A program made the translations under genes and the position numbers. This document shows positions 29,593 to 37,401 of a stretch of 64,000 bases of DNA, piece by piece. Within the stretch, counting starts at the first letter, position 1. Each line of letters begins with the position of its first letter. Source of the DNA: an uncultured Flavobacteriales bacterium (GTDB lineage: Bacteria > Bacteroidota > Bacteroidia > Flavobacteriales > BACL11); assembly GCA_913063045.1 (NCBI GenBank), contig CAJXYM010000005.1, positions 25,248 through 89,247 of the forward strand. The letters run 5' to 3'. Under the pieces are notes generated by a model. That model was not told where the DNA came from. It saw nothing but the letters and a program-made list of their open reading frames with translations, and did no database searches.

Positions 29593-31488
29593 CTAATAAG
29601 CTCTTTTCTTGTTTCCCTCAAAATAATTAATAAATGCTTGAGTAACAACTTTATTTCCGCCTGGTGTAGGGTAATCACCTGAGAAGTACCAGTCACCTTT
29701 ATGATTTGGACACGAAATGTGTAGATTTGAAATACTCTGATAAATAATTTCTAAGTCAGCAGACATATCTTCTGGTTTTAAAATTTGGCTAATCTTTAAT
29801 GATATTTGTTCGGCGTTAAAACAAGCATAAATCTCTTTAACATAATTTACCATTTCTTCTTTTGGTAGTGCTATTTGAGCCTTACATTTATCATACACGT
29901 CATTTATAATGTGTGATTGGTTAGTTTCTTTTAGTAACTCTATCACAGCCTGAAAAGCAATAAAATCACCTAAAATTGCCATATCTATTCCATAGCAATC
30001 TGGGTACCTAATTTGGGGGGCTGATGAGACAATAATAACTTTTTTAGGATTTAATCTATCAAGTATTCTTAAAATAGAGTGTTTTAATGTAGTTCCTCGA
30101 ACAATGCTGTCATCAATCATTACTAAATTATCAGTAGGCATGACTTTTCCATATGTTATATCATAGACATGAGCAACTAAATCATCTCGATTAACATCTG
30201 AAGTAATAAAAGTTCTAAGTTTAGCATCTTTAATAGCAATCTTTTCTGCCCTAGGACTAATTGACATAATTGCATCAATGTCTACAGAGCTTGGATTACT
30301 ACCTAACTCTTTTATTTTTTTTGTTTTCACCTGATTAAGGTAATTATCTACACCTTTCATCATTCCGAAATAAGATACTTCAGCTGTATTTGGAATATAA
30401 GAGAAGACGGTGTTTCTCACATCATTATCTATAGCTTCTAATACTTTTGGAAAAATTTGTTTACCTAAATTAATCCTTTCATTATATATATCTTTATCGT
30501 TACCTCGGGAGAAATAAATCCTTTCAAAAGAACAAGCTGTTCTTTTTAGTGGTTTTAAAACCTCTTTTTCAAATACTTCTCCATTTTTTTTAATTATTAA
30601 AGCATGTCCTCTTTTTATTTCTTTGACATTTTCGTCACTAACATTAAAAGAGGTTTGAATTACAGGCTTTTCAGAAGCAACTACCACAACCTCATCGTCT
30701 TTATAATAATAAGCTGGTCTAATAGCTGAAGGGTCTCTTAGAGCAAAAGCATCACCATGACCTATTAATCCACAAACAACATAGCCACCATCCCAATATT
30801 TTGAAGAATTATGTAAGATATCTTGAATATCTAACTCATCCTCAATTTTTGCCGATATATCTTTTTTGGAATACTCCTCTTTGTGTTTATAGTATATTTT
30901 ATCATTGGCTTCGTCTAAAAAGTGTCCTATCTTCTCCAGGATAGTTATTGTATCTGCTTTTTCTTTTGGATGCTGTCCTAATTCTGTTAGATGATTAAAC
31001 AATTCATCAACATTAGTCATATTAAAATTACCAGCAACTACTAGGTTTCTAGATTTCCAGTTGTTTTGTCTTAAAAAAGGATGACATTGTTCAATATTAT
31101 TACCCCCATATGTTCCGTATCGCAAATGCCCTAGGAAAAGCTCTCCAGTGTATGGCATATTCTTTTTTAACCATACGGTATCATTTAGTTTATCGGGGTC
31201 TTTTTCTTCAAGCTCTATAAACCTTTTATTAATCTCTGCGAACAAATCTTGAATAGGATTAGCTGTAACTGAGCGCTTCCTGCTAATATATCTTTTTCCA
31301 GGGCTAGTATTAAGCTTTACATTAGAGAGACCCGCACCATCTTGCCCTCTATTTCTTTGCTTTTCCATCAGAAGATACATCTTTTTTAAACCATAAAATG
31401 CTGTTCCGTACTTTTTTTGATAAAACTCTAAAGGTTTTAACAGACGAAGCATTGCTACTCCACATTCATGCTTTAATGCATCACTCAT
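29593..31488 (-). CDS. purF: Amidophosphoribosyltransferase (long Bacteroidota form)
   Basis: N-terminal nucleophile context MSDALKHECGVAML, a class-II glutamine amidotransferase domain, and the PRTase motif VMIDDSIVRGTT. Confidence 0.9.
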   Translation of the reverse strand: MSDALKHECGVAMLRLLKPLEFYQKKYGTAFYGLKKMYLLMEKQRNRGQDGAGLSNVKLNTSPGKRYISRKRSVTANPIQDLFAEINKRFIELEEKDPDKLNDTVWLKKNMPYTGELFLGHLRYGTYGGNNIEQCHPFLRQNNWKSRNLVVAGNFNMTNVDELFNHLTELGQHPKEKADTITILEKIGHFLDEANDKIYYKHKEEYSKKDISAKIEDELDIQDILHNSSKYWDGGYVVCGLIGHGDAFALRDPSAIRPAYYYKDDEVVVVASEKPVIQTSFNVSDENVKEIKRGHALIIKKNGEVFEKEVLKPLKRTACSFERIYFSRGNDKDIYNERINLGKQIFPKVLEAIDNDVRNTVFSYIPNTAEVSYFGMMKGVDNYLNQVKTKKIKELGSNPSSVDIDAIMSISPRAEKIAIKDAKLRTFITSDVNRDDLVAHVYDITYGKVMPTDNLVMIDDSIVRGTTLKHSILRILDRLNPKKVIIVSSAPQIRYPDCYGIDMAILGDFIAFQAVIELLKETNQSHIINDVYDKCKAQIALPKEEMVNYVKEIYACFNAEQISLKISQILKPEDMSADLEIIYQSISNLHISCPNHKGDWYFSGDYPTPGGNKVVTQAFINYFEGNKKRAY

Positions 31489-31506
31489 TTGTGTTTTTTA
31501 AGAATA

Positions 31507-31514
31507 CAAATTTA
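31507..31514 (-). promoter_or_regulatory. -7 promoter box (TAAATTTG on the minus strand) for purF
   Basis: Ends 18 nt upstream of the minus-strand ATG at 31488. Confidence 0.4.
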
Positions 31515-31545
31515 ATTAATTATTCTTGTTAAGACATCGGTAAAA

Positions 31546-31827
31546 TTAACTTTCAATACAATTTAATATATACGTCTTATTATCTTGTAAAATAGTACAT
31601 AACATACAGTGAGAAAGGTAGCTAAATTGATACATCTTTTTGATATCAAAACCCTTTTTATTTATTTTGAAATAACCAGAACATTCAAGAGTTCCCTCTG
31701 CGCAGTACCTATTAACTATAAACATGTCTTGTTCCAGCAATAACGTAAACCATGAGCCTGACCCTACGCCTGAAAGCCATTGAGAGTTTTTGGGGATGTT
31801 TATTGGTTTTTTTGGAATACTAATCAT
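31546..31827 (-). CDS. Small Cys-rich protein, unknown function (93 aa)
   Basis: The ATG at 31827 overlaps the TGA of the upstream ORF (ATGA). Sequence: MISIPKKPINIPKNSQWLSGVGSGSWF...RYCAEGTLECSG...SHCMLC...NCIES. The ORF-track start at 31881 is a TTG extension that begins right after an in-frame TAG. Confidence 0.55.
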   Translation of the reverse strand: MISIPKKPINIPKNSQWLSGVGSGSWFTLLLEQDMFIVNRYCAEGTLECSGYFKINKKGFDIKKMYQFSYLSHCMLCTILQDNKTYILNCIES

Positions 31828-32474
31828 CTTTCTATGCTTCTTAGGTAAGAGGAAATCCAACTTCTTTTGATAAAAGAACAAGAGCTATTTGTAACTTTAT
31901 AAAAATTAGAATTAGCAATACCAACATTTCTTTTAGGTGATGGAGAGAGAGTAATTGGAAACTTCAATCTGCGGTTTATTAAGTATTCAGGACATGATGC
32001 TCTCATGACAGATGCTACAAATCTTGAACAATTTGTACCATTTAAAACTACAGGACCATATGGGATTAGGCCATTATTAACAACTCTATTTGCGTACTTC
32101 ATTCCCTTAATTATAGAAATATTATTTAAGATAGAGGCGTAAAGTGTCCCGTCCCCATGTAATGATTTTTTAACTTTCAGCTCAAATAAAATCTCTTGGA
32201 TATTTATAATTTCACCATTTTTTATAGTAGCCTTTGTCTTAACTCTGACATCATGATCTGTTTTTTTATTTCTAGCCCTTCCAAAACCCAAAGGAGTGTG
32301 ATATCTCCCAAAATCATAATAATATATATCTTTTTTTTGTGCATCTACAAACACTAAAGCAGAATGACCAACACGATACTTTCCGTTTGTAGCAAAAAAC
32401 TTGTCATACCACTTATTAACCGAGGCGACCATCCCCTCTGGCCATGCTAAAACTATTATAAAATCTTTTTGCAT
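31824..32474 (-). CDS. Hypothetical protein with an H..H..NCxxFV pattern (possible permuted NlpC/P60 / LRAT-like thiol enzyme)
   Basis: 216 aa. His37 lies in VGHSALVF, His59 in GRYH, and Cys149 in NGTNCSRFVASV. The order and the NCxxFV box resemble LRAT/H-REV107-type enzymes. No search was run. Confidence 0.5.
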   Translation of the reverse strand: MQKDFIIVLAWPEGMVASVNKWYDKFFATNGKYRVGHSALVFVDAQKKDIYYYDFGRYHTPLGFGRARNKKTDHDVRVKTKATIKNGEIINIQEILFELKVKKSLHGDGTLYASILNNISIIKGMKYANRVVNNGLIPYGPVVLNGTNCSRFVASVMRASCPEYLINRRLKFPITLSPSPKRNVGIANSNFYKVTNSSCSFIKRSWISSYLRSIER

Positions 32475-32509
32475 TTAGCTAAAATAAACTCTTTTTTTAA
32501 AAAATAAAA

Positions 32510-33907
32510 TTATTTGCTAGTGATAGTTCTTATACTGTCATGATTTTTTTTTGTAAAATCTTCAATAATCTCAAAAAACTCTTTTATTTCCTTTTGTGTA
32601 TTTGATGAATTAATAATAACTAAACGAATAAAAGATTGACTACCAAAGTATCCAAAACCAATCATTAATTTATTAAATTCATAAAGTTTTGTGCACAAAT
32701 CTACAGGGTCATATTGTTTATAATTAAAACAAATAGAAAGAGAATCCTCAAAGCTATAGAGCTTATATTGTGAAGAGTTTTTTACATATTCTCTTGCGTA
32801 TTTTGCTAGATTAAATTGATAGTTAATAATATTAGCGATTCCCTTTGTACCAATCGCCTTCCACATTGTCCATAGTTTTAAAGAATTATTTCTTCTACCG
32901 CATTCAAAAGAGGTTTGTCCTAAGTTATATTCCTCATTATGAGTCTGATACAAATATGAAGCCTGGTTACTAAATGAATTATATAAATCTGCCTTATTTG
33001 CTACTAAAAAAACTGATGAGCTTAATGGCACGCCAAGTGTTTTGTGTGCATTAAAGCAGAATGAGTCAGAGTACTCTACACCTTTTATTAAATACTTATA
33101 GTTTTCTGAAAATAAAACAGCGCCACCCCAAGCCCCATCAACATGAAGCCAAAGATTAAATTCTTTACATATTCTGCTGATTTTTTCTATATCATCAAAA
33201 GCGCCTAAAACAGTAGTTCCTGCAGTAGCGTTTACATAAAACGGAATATAGCCTTTAGATAAATCATCAATAATTGTTTGCTTGAGATCTTTATAATCTA
33301 AGCAGCCTCTATTGTCAGACTTTACATACCTTACGTTATCTCTACCAATACCTGAAAAGGAAGCGTTTTTTGCTATTGAGTAATGAGAGTTCTCAGATGA
33401 ATACATAATAAACTCTTGTCTTATTCCCTTATTTCTAATTTCTAAATTCTTTTTATCTCGAGCAATAATTAAAGACATGAAATTACTCATTGATCCACCT
33501 GTTGGAAATGTTCCGCCAGAATTATCAGTATACCCTATTAAAGAACTAACTTTTTTTAATATTTCTTTTTCAACACCAACTTGAGGACCGCTAATTTTAT
33601 ATGTAGCCATTGAATTGTTTAATAAAACAGCTAACAAATCTCCTAAAATGGCCTTGCTATGTCTACCTCCAAATAATTGATTAAAAAAAAGTTTAGATGA
33701 TGATTTTGGTGTAGCTAAAACTAGCTTCCTTAAGTTACTAGTAAACTCTTCACTTACAGCAGGTTTATCCTCTAACTTTAAATCAATTCTCTTGTATAAA
33801 TCAATGATATCAATTTTTTTAGAAATAGGATTTTCTTGCTCATCTATCAAAAAATCCTCTACTATACTGTTAAATAGTTTTAAATCGTTGCGAATGTCAT
33901 CAAGCAT
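32510..33907 (-). CDS. Group II PLP-dependent amino-acid decarboxylase (GAD/CSAD/PanP-like)
   Basis: 465 aa with GGSMSNFMSL, LHVDGAWGG and the PLP lysine in FNAHKTLGVP. Confidence 0.85.
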   Translation of the reverse strand: MLDDIRNDLKLFNSIVEDFLIDEQENPISKKIDIIDLYKRIDLKLEDKPAVSEEFTSNLRKLVLATPKSSSKLFFNQLFGGRHSKAILGDLLAVLLNNSMATYKISGPQVGVEKEILKKVSSLIGYTDNSGGTFPTGGSMSNFMSLIIARDKKNLEIRNKGIRQEFIMYSSENSHYSIAKNASFSGIGRDNVRYVKSDNRGCLDYKDLKQTIIDDLSKGYIPFYVNATAGTTVLGAFDDIEKISRICKEFNLWLHVDGAWGGAVLFSENYKYLIKGVEYSDSFCFNAHKTLGVPLSSSVFLVANKADLYNSFSNQASYLYQTHNEEYNLGQTSFECGRRNNSLKLWTMWKAIGTKGIANIINYQFNLAKYAREYVKNSSQYKLYSFEDSLSICFNYKQYDPVDLCTKLYEFNKLMIGFGYFGSQSFIRLVIINSSNTQKEIKEFFEIIEDFTKKNHDSIRTITSK

Positions 33908-33936
33908 AAAAAAATTTATTTTAAATTATACTTTAG

Positions 33937-33944
33937 CAAAAGTA
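33937..33944 (-). promoter_or_regulatory. -7 promoter box (TACTTTTG on the minus strand)
   Basis: Ends 29 nt upstream of the minus-strand ATG at 33907. Confidence 0.4.
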
Positions 33945-34006
33945 GAAAACGCCAAGCAAAAACCTTGCAAAGAATTAATTTAATATATCAACTATCAAAT
34001 ATTACT

Positions 34007-34014
34007 TATCTTTG
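34007..34014 (+). promoter_or_regulatory. -7 promoter box (TATCTTTG)
   Basis: Ends 27 nt upstream of ATG 34042. Confidence 0.4.
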
Positions 34015-34041
34015 TAAAAAATTAATCTTGAAATAATTTAA

Positions 34042-37000
34042 ATGATCAAAAAAACTCTAACTATTCTTCTTTTTATCTTATCAACTAAGCTGCTAATTTC
34101 TCAGGTTGTTGTTAATGAGTTTTCGGCAGCTAATTATGATTTTTTTCAAGATAACTATGGAGAGTATGAAGACTGGGTTGAGCTTTATAACACCTCATCA
34201 TCAGATATAGATCTAAACGGTTGGTACTTGTCAGATAAATCAACAAACATAACAAAGTGGCAGTTCCCCTCTTCTTACATAATCAGCGCAAATAGTACCG
34301 CTTTAATCTATTGTTCAGGCAGAGATGAACTTATTGGAGGTATAGCGCATACCAATTTTAAGATTACACAAACAAAAGGTAATGAAACATTTATAATTGC
34401 GGATGCCACCGGAGCTGTTATAGATTCTATTTCTGTACTTCCTCATCAAAAATCTCATTCTAGAGGAAGAGATGTGAATGGAGGGTCAAATTGGAGTGTT
34501 TTTTCAGACTTAGTCACAACTCCAGGGGCAAATAATAACGGAGCGTTATTAGAATATGCATCAACACCAAGCTTTTCTCAACCTTCAGGTTACTATAATA
34601 CAGGTGTTGATATTGCTATAAATTCTCCCGATCCAAATGTTACTATTTACTATACAGTAGATGGAAGTATGCCTGATAATACCTCTCTAATTTATAACAG
34701 CCCTGTTAATATTACTTCAACAACAGTTTTAAAAGCAGTTGCTTACAGTTCTAACCCAAATATACCGAGAAGTTTTCTAGAGTATAATACTTATTTTATA
34801 AATGATACTCATACAGTGTCTATACTTTCAATTGCCGGAACAGACTTGGGAGATTTACTTGCTGGAAATCAAATAGAACCTCAAGGTACTGTTGAATACT
34901 TTGATAGTAGCGGTAATTTACTTGATAAAGGAACGGGTGAGTATAACAAACACGGTAATGATTCATGGGCTTATGACCAAAGAGGCTTTGACTTTATAAT
35001 GCGAGACCAATTTGGTTATAATTATGCTATTAATGATAAAATATTTGAAACTAAAAATAGAGACTCCTTTCAAAAGCTAATAGTTAAAGCTGCCGCAAAT
35101 GACAACTTTTCATTTGAAGATGGCGCTCATATTAGAGATCAATATGTTCACCACCTTTCTCAATTAGCAGATTTAAGAATGGATGAAAGATCTTATGCCC
35201 CTTGCATTGTTTATCTTAACGGCGAGTACTGGGGAGTGTATGACTTAAGAGAAAAAGCTGATGATCATGATTTTACAGATTATTATTATGATCAATCTAA
35301 AAATAATTTACAATACTTAAAAACCTGGGGGGGAACATGGTCGGAATACGGGGGTCCACAGTCGCAAACAGATTGGGATGCTTTAAAGAATTATATTACA
35401 ACTAATCCTATGACGGTGCAAGCTAACTACGATTATGTAAAAGGAATATATAATACAGGTAGTATAATTGACTATTTTCTTCTTAATTCATATGTCGTTG
35501 CTTCAGATTGGTTAAATTGGAATACAGCATGGTGGAGAGGTTTAGATCCTAATGGAGATAAAAAGAAATGGAGATACGCTCTTTGGGATATGGATGCCAC
35601 CTTTGATCATTACATAAATTATACAGGAGTACCTAGTACATCACCAACAGCTGACCCTTGTGACCCAAGTAGTCTAAATGATCCTGGAGGGCAAGGGCAT
35701 GTGCCTATCTGGAATGCTCTTTTAACAAATGATGATTTTTTCGATGACTATATCAATAGGTGGCAAGATCTAGCAAATGGCCCATTATCTTGCTCAAATA
35801 TGGTTGGGCTTCTTGACAGTATGATTGCTATAATTAACCCTGAGATGCCAAGACAAATAAATAGATGGGGGGGTGGAACTTATAACGATTGGCTGGGTAA
35901 TGTTCAGGATTTAAGAAACTTTATTTTAGCTCGTTGTGATTCTATGAATACCGGCTTTGTGCCATGCTATCCAGCTTTATCAGGTCCTCATAACATCTCT
36001 GTTGAAATAATTGGAATAGGTGAAGTTGAAATGAGTGATGGCAATATTATAAACAACTTTAACACCCCGTTTATAGATCAGAGGTTTGGAGGAGTTAACC
36101 TTCCATTTGAAGTTAAAAGTGGAACATTCCAAAACTGGGAAATACTTCCTTCCGGAGCATATGTTTATGATCCTTTAACTGATACATTGTCTATAAACAT
36201 TCAAGGAAATGTAACAATTAGGGCAAACTTCATTCCACCAGTTCCAACAAGGGATATTGTTTATGAAGTTGTCCCAAGTGGAACAAACTCAAAAATATTA
36301 GCTGATGGTAACATAATTAATAACTACCCAACAACAATAAATTATGTTCTGGGTGATACCGTTACTTTAGCTACAGCTCTTGATCCTTTATATGGATTTA
36401 GTATGTGGTCTGGTGACAGTGTTGCAATTCTGCCAAGTACATCCAATTCAAATGCAGGTTTTTATGCAAATCATCATGATACTATTAGGCTGCACACGTA
36501 TTTGCTCCCAACAATAACAGCTTTTATTAGTGGGAATGATACCCTTTGCTCCAACCAAGAGGAAATGGCAAAAGTTAAAATAAGTTTGGGTGGTATTGCT
36601 CCATTTAATTTCATCTATTCAATTAATGGGGTATCTCAAAGTCAAATAACCACAAATAATAGCCCTTATATTATAAACACTAATCAAGCAGGTTTATATG
36701 AGCTAATTAGCTTTTCAGATGCTTATGAGTCAGGTAATCTTAGTGGACAAGCTTATGTAACAATTGTTCAGGCTCCTAATGCAGAATTTATCCCGGAACC
36801 TGATACAATGACTATTTTATATACTTCAACAAAGATGCTTGATATTTCTAGCGGAGATATAAATAGCTGGGTATGGAACTTTGGTGATGGCTCTCCTATT
36901 AGCTATAGTTCAAGCCCTTTTCATACTTATCTTGATTCAATCGCAAACTATCAAATTAGTCTTGTCGTTAAAGACGTATCAGGGTGTAGAGACTCTACAT

Positions 37001-37326
37001 CAAGGATTGTAACAATTAGAGACGACTTCTGGATTTATATACCAAACTCATTTACACCAGACTCTGATGATCTAAACGATAAATTTCAAATAAGCTATCA
37101 TGGAATTAGAGAAGAAACGTTTATTATAAATATATTTAACAGACAAAATGAAGTAGTTTATTCAACAGAAGATATATTTGATTTAGATTCTAATAATGGT
37201 TGGGATGGTAATCATCAAACTAAGAATTTCCCTCTGCCTGGCGGAATTTATGTTTATGAATTATATTTTCAGGATTTTGATGGATGGAAAAATCAAAAAA
37301 ATGGATATATCAATATCATACGATAG
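34042..37326 (+). CDS. Secreted multidomain CotH-kinase-family protein (LTD, chitobiase-C-like, CotH, tandem repeats, PKD, T9SS type B CTD)
   Basis: Signal peptide. Lamin-tail domain (VVNEFSAAN...EDWVELYN...LNGWYLSD). TIYYTVDGSMPDN...VLKAVAYS. CotH core (CIVYLNGEYWGVYDLREK, WRYALWDMDATFDH). PKD module (WVWNFGDGSP). C-terminus PNSFTPDSDDLNDKF...GIYVYELYF...GYINIIR. Confidence 0.85.
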   Translation: MIKKTLTILLFILSTKLLISQVVVNEFSAANYDFFQDNYGEYEDWVELYNTSSSDIDLNGWYLSDKSTNITKWQFPSSYIISANSTALIYCSGRDELIGGIAHTNFKITQTKGNETFIIADATGAVIDSISVLPHQKSHSRGRDVNGGSNWSVFSDLVTTPGANNNGALLEYASTPSFSQPSGYYNTGVDIAINSPDPNVTIYYTVDGSMPDNTSLIYNSPVNITSTTVLKAVAYSSNPNIPRSFLEYNTYFINDTHTVSILSIAGTDLGDLLAGNQIEPQGTVEYFDSSGNLLDKGTGEYNKHGNDSWAYDQRGFDFIMRDQFGYNYAINDKIFETKNRDSFQKLIVKAAANDNFSFEDGAHIRDQYVHHLSQLADLRMDERSYAPCIVYLNGEYWGVYDLREKADDHDFTDYYYDQSKNNLQYLKTWGGTWSEYGGPQSQTDWDALKNYITTNPMTVQANYDYVKGIYNTGSIIDYFLLNSYVVASDWLNWNTAWWRGLDPNGDKKKWRYALWDMDATFDHYINYTGVPSTSPTADPCDPSSLNDPGGQGHVPIWNALLTNDDFFDDYINRWQDLANGPLSCSNMVGLLDSMIAIINPEMPRQINRWGGGTYNDWLGNVQDLRNFILARCDSMNTGFVPCYPALSGPHNISVEIIGIGEVEMSDGNIINNFNTPFIDQRFGGVNLPFEVKSGTFQNWEILPSGAYVYDPLTDTLSINIQGNVTIRANFIPPVPTRDIVYEVVPSGTNSKILADGNIINNYPTTINYVLGDTVTLATALDPLYGFSMWSGDSVAILPSTSNSNAGFYANHHDTIRLHTYLLPTITAFISGNDTLCSNQEEMAKVKISLGGIAPFNFIYSINGVSQSQITTNNSPYIINTNQAGLYELISFSDAYESGNLSGQAYVTIVQAPNAEFIPEPDTMTILYTSTKMLDISSGDINSWVWNFGDGSPISYSSSPFHTYLDSIANYQISLVVKDVSGCRDSTSRIVTIRDDFWIYIPNSFTPDSDDLNDKFQISYHGIREETFIINIFNRQNEVVYSTEDIFDLDSNNGWDGNHQTKNFPLPGGIYVYELYFQDFDGWKNQKNGYINIIR

Positions 37327-37401
37327 CTAATAGCATATGATGATTTCAAAAAATATACTTAAATAATATTTTTAGTATAAATTAAATACTTCGATACAAT
37401 T

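Noticed and set aside
31824-31881. An apparent frameshift or pseudogene. The 216-aa and 111-aa ORFs in the track overlap by 58 nt in different frames, which suggests one disrupted ~300-aa gene.
   Set aside because: The 111-aa ORF begins at a TTG immediately after an in-frame TAG. An ATG at 31827 overlaps the upstream TGA as ATGA, the same coupling seen at sufE/DUF59 and DUF2480/DUF3050 in this window. There is no slippery heptamer. Two separate coupled genes (216 aa and 93 aa) is the simpler reading. A homologue alignment could still overturn this.
37327-37401. A possible terminator or regulatory hairpin between the two CotH genes (TATACT...AGTATA).
   Set aside because: The stem is only 6 bp, entirely A/T-rich, has a 13-nt loop and lacks a clean T-tract. 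It is indistinguishable from chance in this composition.
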